A DNA stretch of 64,000 nucleotides from Takakia lepidozioides (Eukaryota; Plantae; Bryophyta), in NCBI GenBank assembly GCA_030704615.1, contig CM060731.1, positions 27,280,001-27,344,000 on the forward strand, given 5' to 3'. Under the pieces are notes generated by a model that saw only the letters and a program-made list of their open reading frames with translations, did no database searches and was not told the DNA's origin. Below, in pieces: positions 11,796 through 22,812 of the stretch. The position numbers and the translations under genes are program-made. Position 1 is the stretch's first letter. Each line of letters starts with the position of its first letter.

Positions 11796-12200
11796 AACTC
11801 AAATGAAACGGAGGGGAACAGCACGCACGTGGCCAGGGAACCTAGGAAACCATATAGAACTTAGGGAACCGGGAACCAGTTACCAGATATTTTGGGTGCA
11901 ACTTTAAATTTTTAAATTTGAAAACCTTAAAAAAAAAAAAAAATGGCCTTTGATCTAATTTGAATGATTTAGAGCCAAATTGGTCATATTTTTGTCAAAT
12001 GGGCTCTGTTTGACTCAGTTTTTGAGGGGATAGCTGCAGAAAGGGGAAATCTACCAATCTAGATCTGGTTTTTGTTTTTAGGACTCTGCTAAAAATCTAT
12101 GGAATTTTAGAGTGTGAGTGTGCCATGAAAGATCCACAATTCTGTTTCTAGAACCTGTGCTGGTCTATATGAGAGACAAATATGTGGATGTACTCCTTGT

Positions 12201-12950
12201 ATGGCTGGGGGAAATGAGGACGTAATTGAAGGGCAGGTCTCTTCTCTTAGCCTGTGCACACAAGGGGACAGGATTTATGTTTCCCAAGGAACTCAGACTG
12301 ATTTGAGTGGAGAACAGTTGGACGAGTTGATTGCATACTGGGAGTCAGGCATTAGCAGTGGACAACAAACTGCTGTAGTTGGCGTTGAGGGCCTCAATAT
12401 TGCTTTGGACAGTCAGAACACTGTTGGAGCCAACAGTTCTGCAGCTGTAGGTGAAATACCAAAGTGGGTGAAAGCTAGGCTTGGAACACAGCCAAAGACA
12501 GCCCCGGGGACCAAGGTGTTTAGCCACAAGGCCGTGGTGTACTGGAGTAGAGGAGCAGGAGCTACACAAGTTTGTGCAATCAGACAGCGTTGCAGCCGGA
12601 CACGCTCTGCACAAGACAACCACGAGCGGGGGTTCATTAGCGAGGACAAGTTTGTTCTGTTTGAAGGAGATGCAATCATTCGCAATGAGGACACCCGCAA
12701 CCGTCTCAAAGCTTTTGAGTTGAGAGACTATCAGACCTTACCTTTGTTTTCTTTAGTGTTTAGTGAGCGGGAGATAGGGGAGTATTGCTTTGTCTCTACT
12801 TGGCAGAAAGAGGAGGAGGGTTGGTTAGAGCGAGCTACTGTAGCTTGGGACAAGGTTAGTGGCAGGTTTCTGGACATAGATATACCTCCTACACCTTACC
12901 ATCATGCAGAGCGAGGCACTTTGAGAGAAGTCTGGCAGTTGATAGCATAG
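12201..12950 (+). CDS. Extra 249-aa ORF of unknown function upstream of gag
   Basis: Intact ATG-to-stop ORF inside the element; no domain recognised. Confidence 0.55.
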   Translation: MAGGNEDVIEGQVSSLSLCTQGDRIYVSQGTQTDLSGEQLDELIAYWESGISSGQQTAVVGVEGLNIALDSQNTVGANSSAAVGEIPKWVKARLGTQPKTAPGTKVFSHKAVVYWSRGAGATQVCAIRQRCSRTRSAQDNHERGFISEDKFVLFEGDAIIRNEDTRNRLKAFELRDYQTLPLFSLVFSEREIGEYCFVSTWQKEEEGWLERATVAWDKVSGRFLDIDIPPTPYHHAERGTLREVWQLIA

Positions 12951-13468
12951 ATCAGGATTAGATCTTGCTTGGTCGGGCTTCTATTCTTCCCCTCCATCTC
13001 TGTACTATTTTCATTACCTTGTACTTGTAGTTGCCAAAGCCTCTCTTGGTGGAGGCCAGTCAGTCCGGGGTTTTGGGCTGGGATATTCTGCAGGATCAGC
13101 ATTGCAGCTGGATTTTGGTGTGGGGTGTTGATGTTTTGATTTCTTGTGTTTGGATCCCCCCCAACACTTGCATGCTTGACTGTGCGCCATGTTGGTTTTG
13201 TGTGGGCGCTTGCTTTCATAGGGATTAGGCCGGATTTGATCACCGGTCAATCCTAGAGTATGCTGTCGGTGGTGAGGCTGGAGTGATGACCAGCAAGACC
13301 ACCAGTGTTTCTTCTATGGTGAGGCTGGGTTGATGACCAGCCAACCATAGGAGTTCTTGCGGTGGATGCAGGTGCAGGTGCCCTGAGCCATTGGGATATG
13401 ACCCTTAAACTGCAACAGGTGCCCACCCGTGTCACTATTAGAATTAGTACTAGAGCCTATAGTGTCAC

Positions 13469-15000
13469 GTGGGGGAGGTGCACATTGTGAGTGTCATCAC
13501 GGAGTTACCCAAGGGTTTTGAGGGGAGTACGGCTACAGGCAGTAGCAGTGAGAGTGGGTTCACAGACGAGGTATTCGTTTTCAGACCACCTTCACCTCCA
13601 CCCTCAACTAGTGCAGAGTCAGACACAGACTCGGAGGCTTCATCAACAGGTGTGCAGTTTCATTCGCCATTGTTGTGGGACGACATGGAGGAGATGTATG
13701 GAGCTACCAAGGGGCCTCGTAGGTACTCTGGAGCTGTGGGCACAATCGAGTTGGATGACTTTATCCAGGAGTTCGACAGCTGGTGTGATTTGCAGCAGAT
13801 GCGCAATCCACAGCTATTCCCATTCATGGCGTGGAAGGGACTGTTCCAGCATTTGGAAGGCCCGCCTATGGACGATTACCACGAGTTCAGGCGAGGACAT
13901 GAAGCAGAGATTGAGGAGTGGAGGATGTATTGGTCACCTGACTACGTCTCCATTACTCGAGGCACGACGCGACCAGTAGCTGCATCAGTACCAATATCTC
14001 CCACTGCCAGCACTAGTAGTGGAACAAGTAGTGCCGGTACTTCTGCAGGTGGTACCAGTTCAAAAGGTGCTACTACTCCTCCTGCCACGACTACAACACA
14101 TGTGCCTAGATTCAACCCGGTGGTGGAGTTCTTCCAGGAGTTGCGGAGGAACTACCAAGGTGTACGGACAGAGAAGCTGCGAAGTTTGCAAGACTTCCAG
14201 CGCAAACCCAGTGAGAGCCTGCGAGAGGCGTACACTCGTATGAGGCGCTTGATAAGTGTGACCCAAGGGGTTACTGAAGCTCAGGCAATCCAGTTTGGTA
14301 TGGAATTTTGGACAAGGAGCTCAAGAGAAGGGTGCGGGATGCAACCCTGTTACAAAGCCCAACCCACATTAGCAGATGTGTTTCTGCTGGCTGAGCGGAT
14401 TGAGCTCAACATGGTGGAGGAGCGAGTTGTTACCATTGGATTTGGCAAGGACATGCCTGCACGAGGCGCAGCTGCCAGCCCACAGGCACAAGGGACTGCC
14501 CAACAGCGTGGTCAGGGGGCAAAGTTTCCCAACCCAAGTTCCATGGAGCTTACAGGGGACCTCAGGTGCAGAGGCCCGTGGCATCTTTTGCAGGCCAACA
14601 ACAACCAGGGTGATATGTTGGACATGTGGAGGACCCCATGTCAAGAGAGATTGCCCAGAGAGTGGCAGAAGGCCGGCACAAGCACAGCCTGCACAGTTGC
14701 AGTGTGGGCATTGTGGCAAGTATGGGCATGGAGATGCCCAGTGTTATGACTTGCATCCTGAGTTGCGCCCAGGCCAGTTCCAAGGGAACAATGGTGGCCG
14801 GGGCGAGGTGGACCAGCCCAGAGAGGACGAGGTGGTCGGGCACGAGGTGCAGGCCAAGGGCAAGCTCAACATGGCCAAGGACGCGGAGGTCAGGGTGTTG
14901 ACCAAGGCATGGCCAACCGGCTTCAGCAGCTAGAGCAGAGGCTCGCTGCAATGGCTATAGCTCAGGCGGTACCGGCTCCCAGGCGGGATGGTCCACCTCC
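13469..15000 (+). pseudogene. gag (capsid-like region plus two zinc knuckles), frameshifted
   Basis: LDDFIQEFDSWC...FQRKPSESLREAYTRMRRL; CWTCGGPHVKRDC and CGHCGKYGHGDAQC. Confidence 0.85.
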
Positions 15001-15679
15001 TGCTCCTGAGGGAGGAGATATGGGAGGCATGGGATTCATGTGCGGAGCAGCACTACCACTAGAGCAGGTGGAGTTTGCTGCAGCCGTGACTCGAGGAGCA
15101 GCACGAGTTCCTGAGCCACGAGGTGCAGAGGTGGAGTTGGATCCACAACGTGGAGAGGCAAGCCGTCAGGTGAGGCTGCCTCAGTCATTCACCTTGGCGG
15201 AGACAGTGTCAATGCCATCCATGGCACCTAGTTCTCGCCCGATTGTTACCGAGGCGGAGGTTTCTATGCCATTGGGGAGAGCTACACGTGCAGCACTGAC
15301 ACCTGCTGCCAAGGCTAGTGCAGCCGGTGTGTTGTGGGGGCAGCCACCTCTGTGTGTCAAGCCCCACTGTTCTCGGCAACCATGATTGCGGCGCCGGGGG
15401 TAAGACCAGCTGCAGTGTTCAGACTAGCAGCAACACTCTGTGAGAGTGGGGAGGTAACTTCATCTTCTGCGGAGTTACTGGAAGGTGTAGTGGCAGAGGG
15501 ATCCTTGGATTTGAGGGTCAAGACTGCCACGGCTGCGCCATGGCAAGCTGCAGCTACCAGGTTGACGGAGCTGCCAGCTAGGCCAGCCTTTGAGCGCGCC
15601 ATGGTGACACCTGGAGTTGTCTGTTCAGGATGATATTTTCTCTTTGAGTGGACCGGCAGGCAAGAAGTACCGGCCACTG

Positions 15680-15960
15680 CGGGTCTTGTTGGACTCGGAG
15701 CTCAGCCACTGATGTTGGGCAGAGCTGCTATTGCAGGTTTGGGCCTCATGGCGGCGGATATGGAGCCTTGTCCTTTCCAGATACAGACATCTCTGGGAGG
15801 ATCAGAGCAGGCTCGGGGCATGACACGGCATCAGTTGGCCATTAGACTGCAGCCGGATCATCCTATCGATGGCTCAGTAATGCGAGCCAAGGCCATTGTG
15901 ACAGACGCGGTCTCTTACGATGTCCTCGTTGGGGGGCAGTGTTATACCCCATGGGCTTCA
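15680..15960 (+). pseudogene. Retropepsin-type aspartic protease
   Basis: RVLLDS(G)AQPLMLG (1-nt deletion) ... YDVLVGG. Confidence 0.8.
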
Positions 15961-16399
15961 CCCTGGACTTTTGGGAGGAGTCAGCATTCTACAGGCGTGG
16001 ATGGCAGTCAGGGGATGGTCGTCGTGGATAGCTCCCTGTGACATTCATTGGGGTATTGCGGCTGCCCAACGGGGCAAGATGCCAACACTAGCCGCCTTTA
16101 CAGCTGCAGTTAGTTGGCCTGGAGAGTTGCTGGAAGGCAATGCCCATGCAGAGGATGTGCCACCTCCAGCAGAGCAGGATGACATGCATGGTGTGGCGGA
16201 GTTGCCTGCCATGGTTGCTCACACTCCATTGTGGGGTACGAGCAAGGATTTGCAGCAGGGCTGCTGATCGACGGGTGCAACAAGCCTGGGTAGAGGCTTT
16301 TGTACCGTCAGGAGAGGAGGAGAGTGCGGGTATTGCACCAGGACCACCTCAGTTGTCACCATTGGATACCACACCTATTGTGTGGCAGTATCCGGATGA

Positions 16400-17150
16400 A
16401 GGCATTTGCCTTCTGGACTTGTTTGGCGGGATCAGCACCGGATTGGCTGCTGTGCTACAGGCAGGTGTGCAGGTAAGGCGTTACCTGTATGTGGAGAGGG
16501 ATGAGACTGCACGACGCGTCTCACTGCGCCATGTTGCTCAGTGGTACAGCAGTACCCTGCTTTGTTGCAGTGTCTGCAGTTCGTGGATACCAACAAGCTC
16601 TGCATTCGTGGATACCAACAAGCCTTGCCAGCAGATATTTCGTTGCTGGGGGCGCCGGATTTGGAGCAGGTTGGCTCCATTAATCTGGTAGTGGCAGGTT
16701 GGCCCTGCCAAGGGCATTCATCAGCCGGCATGGCAATGGATTGCGAGACTCGAGGACAGGTCTGTTTGGGAGATGGTGCGGATTTTGCGCTACTTGCAGC
16801 TTCATCAAGCTGTATTGCCAGCATACATCTTGGAGAATGTGCCACTGATGGGTGATTCTCGGGCCAGGGTGATGGCCAGTGTGCATCAAGTCCGGTCGTG
16901 GCTTGGGTTAGCAGTGCTGCTAGATGCAGCTGCAGTGGGATCACGGGCTCATCGTCCACGGCTATGGTGGACTAACTTGATGCCACCCGCACTGCTCAAG
17001 CGTGCAGCGGCCAACACACCTCATAGTGCAGCATTGGACACAGGTAGCAGTCTCAACGTGTGAGACACGATGACCGTTCACCTTTGGCAGTGGTCACAGG
17101 GTGGGTCAACCACGAGCAGCGCAAAATGGATCTCATGCAAAATGGATCTC
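16400..17150 (+). pseudogene. C5 DNA cytosine methyltransferase domain (DNMT3-like) within pol, frameshifted
   Basis: Motif I LDLFGGI (16413), motif II YLYVE, DI, motif IV VAGWPCQG (PC at 16703-16708), motif VI YILENV (16833), motif VIII AHRPRLWWTNL (16947). Confidence 0.9.
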
Positions 17151-17599
17151 ATTGCTCGACCTGGAATTACAGCTTGGCTATGGCTGAGCAACTTATAGAG
17201 TGCGGAGTGAAACACTTGCCCTTGACGTCTCTCTGCCTACCGGGATGGTACAGCCGCGAGTGGGGGCGAGCCGGTGAGGACCATGGGGTGTATACATCCA
17301 TGGCACACGTGGGAGGTGCTCGAGGTTCAAGGGAGTTTGGCAACCACGGCCGCTGTGATGGGATGATGTTGGGGATTCTTCTCGGGATAGGAGGGTTTCG
17401 CAATGATAGATGAGGGAAGATACAATTATAGGCCTTGTCATTGACTGAGCAAGAAGGGAGTACTACTCAAGAGTTTGCAGCATAGCAACCACAGTTACGC
17501 GTCCTCTACCCTCTAAGCCTACTGGACTTAAGGTTGCAGTTATGGAAGGAACAATTGGGAGCCTGACAAATTGGACCCAATTGTCCCAGGAGGAGAGAG

Positions 17600-19070
17600 A
17601 CAACGTATGCGCGGACGGTTCTTGAAGGGCTTACAGGAATTGCTTGCTTCAGTTTTGAAGGACTTGGGAGTCACTTAAGGGTCAAGAGATCCGTATTGAG
17701 TTGGCCACTGACACGCCAATCTTTCGGAGACCCTATAGATAACAGTGAACTGGGAGGGTCTTTGATTCAGATGATGACTCAGATCTCTGGGAGGCAGGTT
17801 TGGTGGAGTCTCTCATTGTGGAGAGTATGCTTCAGCCACAGTGATGTACCAGACCAAGAATGATGTCTATGGCAAGAAATTGGACGGAAGAGACGTATGT
17901 CCGGTGATTACCGGCCTGTAAAGCCATCAGACCAAGTCCGAAATCGGTATGCCATGCCCACACCATAGGTAGATCTTTGATGCCATTGTGCATAGCAAGC
18001 CAAGGTCTTTAGCACTTGGACTTTTTACGATCCGGATATCACCACAGTTGCCAGATCAAGAGGCGGATAAGCAAAAGACGGCATTCTGGGGGATCAATGA
18101 GCACGGGAAGGATTGCCTATACCAGGGCGGTTCTTACTTGGGGGGGCTTAAAATACCGCTCCCGCTGAGTTTCAAATAGTCATGAAGGATTCTAGCAGGG
18201 TTGAGTTTTGCTCGGTGCTATATAAAGGGAAACATCACATCTTAGTGCTACGGTGAGGAGCGATGGAGACAACCTTCAGGGGGTATTTGAAGCGCTGAGG
18301 ACACACGGATTGAAGTTACAATCCGGCAAGTGCAGTTTTTCCACAACCGATTGAATTATCTGGGTCACATGATATATCCTGGAGGATTAGGGGTACATCA
18401 GACTAAGGTAGAGTCCATTGCCCAAAAAATTCCCGCACGGACCACGGATGTGAGCCGAGTTCGAGCTTTCATGGGTTAGCAAACTATTTACAACTACGAT
18501 TTGTTACAGGTTTAGTGCCATTGCAAAGGCTCTAACCAAGCTGACCAAGGTGGACCAGGAGTGCATTGGGAAGATGATGAAGAAAACAAAAAAAAGCTTT
18601 TCAGAGCTCAACAAGGCAAGGTTGACCTCGGCGCCCATTCTTTGAGACGACCTATCAGGGGGCGTCCTTTTCAGCTGCATACAGATTGGAGCATGCTGGG
18701 GCTTGGAGCGGTGCTCACACGCAGTGGAAGAGTGAGGGAAGAAAGTTCTTAGTGGCTTATCTAGCCGCTTCGAACCACGCTGCAGAGTCTAAGTATAGCT
18801 CATATTAGATGGCGAAACATGCTTAGCTTCAGTGTGGGCCAGTGCACAGAGAGCAAAGTTCAGGTGCTATCTATATGGCAATCTCTTCATCTCTTCACAC
18901 CTTGTCACTGATCACCAACCCACTCAAATGGTTGATGGAGTCAGACAAGCTTACGGGGAAGCTTGCCCGGTGGGCACTCATCCTTCATGAAGTAATGACT
19001 TTCAGGTGGTGCAGTCGACCGGGTTTGGTCCTCTCAAGTAGTGCAGATGGGTTGAGTCGCAATCCATGCA
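17600..19070 (+). pseudogene. Reverse transcriptase and RNase H, heavily frameshifted
   Basis: GDYRPV, GYHQL, DKQKTAFWG, LKLQSGKC; RPFQLHTDWSMLGLGAVL, TDHQPLKWL, KLARWALIL, ADGLSR. Confidence 0.88.
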
Positions 19071-19449
19071 CGAGCCAACAGGATGACACTGGAGACTCGG
19101 TGGCATGGTAGAGACGTGACGAGGAGATGAATGCCCGGATGGCAATGTCATCTGCATTTCTGTGTATCTTCTTGGCAGCGGAATGCCAGGTTGGACCTTC
19201 GACAGTGGATGACTGTAGATCAAGTGTCTGCGGACCCTGAGGCCAGCAATGAGCAAGGGGTCGTCAACACAGATATCCATGAGGATTCAGTTGTTGTTGA
19301 CAATACCTCTGCACTGGGAGACCAACGGCTCCTTAGGGGTGTGATTGTGCCAAGGAAAGATGGATCGGATCCTACAAACGGGCCAAGAGGTTCACATTGG
19401 GAGGGGACACACTTGTGCTCCGAGTGGGGTGGAGTGGTCGAGTGAGGAT

Positions 19450-20260
19450 TGTGCCTCACCCAACACCAGGGGGCAACGGTTAAGTGCGCCTGGGGGCCCA
19501 TGAGGAAGTTTTGGGGCATTTTGGATGCGACGCACTCATAGTCTACTGCAGGGGGGCAGTATGTGGGGCGTGTGGTAAATGCACACGAAGTTGCACAATT
19601 TGTGGCTAGGTGCATGGGTTGTGACAAGGGTGCGTGCTTTGGGGTCATCAAACCCCTTACTCCAGGCATTGCAGCACCCTCTCGTTGTTAGCTTTGAGCC
19701 GATCATGGGGATTGGGCTACAGGGTGAGTCTTGACTTCGCAGGGCCATTGCCATGTAAGGACCATAGGAAGCTAGGGCACACAACAAGTACACGTGTTTG
19801 TTGATGGTGGAGCACTTCTCCAAGTGGATTGAATTTGTTTCCTTGCCGATTATAAGTGGCTAGTGAGGGAGCTGCGTATGCTTCTTAGATTGTGTGCTTA
19901 GCCGATTCGGTTGCTCCAGCTGAGGCCTCAGGAGATACCACGGACCAAGGGAGAGAGTTCTCGGGGGAGTTTTCAGGCTTTGTGTGACAAGGCTATTGAT
20001 AGACCACCGCAACCCACTTCCTCGTGGAGCATCCTGAGGCCGCTATGGCTTGGCAATAGGAGTTGTTCAGCACATACAGAGGGGTTTGCGTAAGTATGGC
20101 TAGCAAATGACAGGGAACCTGGATGGAGATTGGGACCTTCAGTTACCGGCTGTTAGCCCATGGGCTACAAGGTTCAGCAAAGCAATCATCACTGCCTCCT
20201 TCTCGGAAACACAAAATACTTTCTTCAAAAACTCTTTGGGCGCGAACCGATTTGCCATAC
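19450..20260 (+). pseudogene. DDE integrase (HHCC + catalytic core), frameshifted
   Basis: HEE..GHFG, C..CD, LDFAGPLP, VEHFSKWIE, TDQGREF, WDLQLP, LFGREP. Confidence 0.85.
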
Positions 20261-20692
20261 TCCATTCGCAGAGAAGCTGCTACAGATTCTTGACCTTGAC
20301 GATCCGGACGTGTGGGCACGTGCATGTGAGCAGCGTGCAGAGTTGTTCAAGAGAGTCATGGAGCCCATGGGCTTTTGAGAACCTTTCCATTGGCACAACA
20401 CCGGATACATTGAGGTATGCTAAAAGACCATACGTGTGGGGGGGGGCTATCGTCCTGGGGTTGAAATTCAACCCTGGTGACTATGTCTATCTGCAGCAGA
20501 CTGCTCCTACGACCCTGGATGTGACTGCATGACGTGTTATTTGAGGGTTCGGAGGTCTTGTCCCTCAGGCGTTTTGGTCTTGGAGGGTCGGGATGGCATA
20601 ACTTGGAAGACCTGTGCGTTATTGTGCGCCATGTCACGTCTGAATGTCGATGGCAGATTGAACCCAAACTGCAGTGGTCCTGCAGGTTGAGG

Positions 20693-20837
20693 TGCATGTT
20701 GTGTGGGTCTGCTAAAGGGGCAGCCACCATGCTGGTGTGTGATCGATGCTCTAGAGGTTGGTATATTGGGATGCTTGACTCCACCTCTTGAGATGGTTCC
20801 GGATGGGGATTGGTTATGTCCACATTGCATTGGATAG
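20693..20837 (+). pseudogene. C-terminal PHD finger of pol
   Basis: CMLC...MLVCDRC.RGW(H>Y)..CLTPPLEMVPDGDWLCPHC* with one frameshift; C4HC3 pattern. Confidence 0.85.
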
Positions 20838-21097
20838 TGGGAGTGGATATAACCATGGAAGGCTAACAAGAAATGCAAAGCCAAGCTACTAGGGGACCTT
20901 GAACACACGAGGTCTTGACTCAAGTTCATAGATTGCAAGACGGCGACTAACGATGGGGCTACTCTTGTACCCGGCCTCTTGGTCTATAGAGTTTGAGTAC
21001 AATAGGGACAGTGATAGAGGACTTAGTACGGCTGTGGCTATTACATCTTGTAGCTATCTGGAGGTAGAGGGACCTATCCACCAGCTAGGGGGGCGAT

Positions 21098-21628
21098 TGT
21101 GGCAGACTACTTTATTGTGCATATATGTGTGGTGTGGTTTGGACAGCGATGTAGTTGTGTAGCGATATGTATGCGCACGACAGCTGTCAAGTTAAATAAG
21201 CACAGTGTGAAAACAACTAGAATAAAACTAGTTATTTGTATTTAACACTTGGATTTAATTCAAGTGTTAAATCAGGTGTCAAGTTTAGTTTGACACCTGA
21301 ACCGCCTTATCTTCACGAGAGCGGCAGTCGCGTAGCTCATCTCTCTCGAGTTGAGCCTGCGCGACCGAGCTCCTTCGTGCGTTTAGATCTGAGTGTGCTT
21401 ATGATGGGAGTGTAGGTTGTTGTGGGGTGGAGTCCCCATAGCTTGAGGTGCCCCTGGCTCGACTTCTATTTTAAAGAGTGATAACGATGGATTTCATATT
21501 TCTTGTGTTGAGAGTGTGTGTCCTTTTAGCTTTTGTTTATCATTGTGGCAGACTACTTTATTGTGCATATATGTGTGGTGTGGTTTGGACAGCGATGTAG
21601 TTGTGTAGCGATATGTATGCGCACGACA
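21098..21628 (+). repeat. 3' terminal repeats B1 (21098-21182), A2 (21185-21542), B2 (21544-21628)
   Basis: B1 and B2 are identical 85-mers. The B1-A2 junction is the palindrome GACAGCTGTC (21179-21188); the A2-B2 junction is CA-t-TG. Confidence 0.95.
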
Positions 21629-22812
21629 GAAGTGACTCCATAAGTTATGCTTCCTTCGAGAGGCGTCATACTTTACGTTACTTTACTCAGCAGCTGGAGA
21701 TTAAGAATGAATGGAAAGTTCATCTAGGAGGGTGGAGCTAAACTTAAATCTGAATTTACTCCACCACTCTCATAATAAAATGGAATCAAGCATGGATTCC
21801 CCTATGTTTTGATTTACTAAAACAAACGACGTTGCGTCATGGCTCAGATGCATATTGTCATAGTAAGACAAATTGTAAGATCAGAGATAATTCCCCCCAT
21901 CATTTGGAGAGTCTGCATGTCCATAGTCATTTTTATAGCTTCCAGTTTGAACCAGGTCAATAGATCGAAATCAATGGTAAAGTCAGACCATGTTTTAGTA
22001 TTGGTACCTATGGTTACAGAGTTGTGAAACTAGTGATTCAGGGTTCTTTCACCCTCGGGACGAGTGTTCCTCATTGGTCGCCATATGTAAGTGTATAAAT
22101 TAATGCGCAGATTAAGATTGAGAGTTTTTGAGGACCAAGAGAGTCAAGCTGTACGTAAACAGTGCAGAATCAAGACCATTTGTTACAAAAACGGTGAAAC
22201 ACTGATATAGCTATTAGTATCACCCACAAATAGAAAAGTTTGCGACAACCATTAAGCAAAGAGAGCTCAGACGTATATACTCCTAGGGTGTCTGCTAAGA
22301 GCAGCAGTTGAAGGCGTACAGTCGTCGATTGCGCATTTTTTGTGGCTGGAGATTTAGTTGCTTTAAAGAAAAGCGTTGGAACATAAGGATTAACGTATCA
22401 AACATATAATAATAGATGTGCATATAAACAAATAACTAAACATTATAGTTTATTTTATAATAAACTCTTCAATGTAGTTATGCATATATTGTGATATAAA
22501 TATTTTTTATTTTCATTTTGATAAATAAATATTTGCATATAAACACTTTTAAGTTATCAAATATAGATAGTGTATCTGAGCAAATAACTATAATCTATTT
22601 AAATGATAAATTATTTATATGGTTATGTGATTTCTAAAGTTACGAATGATATCCAAAGCTAATTGTAGTAATGAAAATTTATATCTGATTTTGAAATGCT
22701 TTCAGAAATTAATTATGTATATTTATTGTTAAATTACAAGCTGAATCTTTGTTAGTTATATTCATGGTGGTCAAACACATGTGTTGAGTTTATGCTTCTT
22801 TATTTGATACAG

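Larger units (their letters stand above)
9820..21628 (+). mobile_element. Ty3/Gypsy-like retrotransposon carrying a DNMT3-like methyltransferase and PHD finger, with permuted A...B-A-B termini
   Basis: 5-bp TSD GAAGT at 9815-9819 and 21629-21633; ends T(G)TCA...CGACA. Domain order gag-PR-DNMT-RT-RH-IN-PHD; PPT AGGGGGGCGA at 21087-21096. Confidence 0.9.
9688..21679 (+). mobile_element. tRNA-derived SINE (~180 bp) split by the 11.8-kb retroelement (parts 9688-9819 and 21634-21679)
   Basis: A box TAGCCCAGTGG at 9702-9712, B box GGTTCAAACC at 9745-9754. 13-bp TSD ACTTTACTCAGCA at 9675-9687 and 21680-21692; TACTT-type tail. Confidence 0.8.

Noticed and set aside
16400-17150. Host DNMT3/DRM gene or bacterial restriction-modification contamination
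   Set aside because: Intronless, co-oriented and positioned between PR and RT within TSD-bounded element ends.
9820-21628. DIRS/Ngaro/PAT tyrosine-recombinase element, suggested by the split direct repeats
   Set aside because: No YR motifs seen. Protease, DDE integrase, PPT and a 5-bp TSD indicate Ty3/Gypsy.
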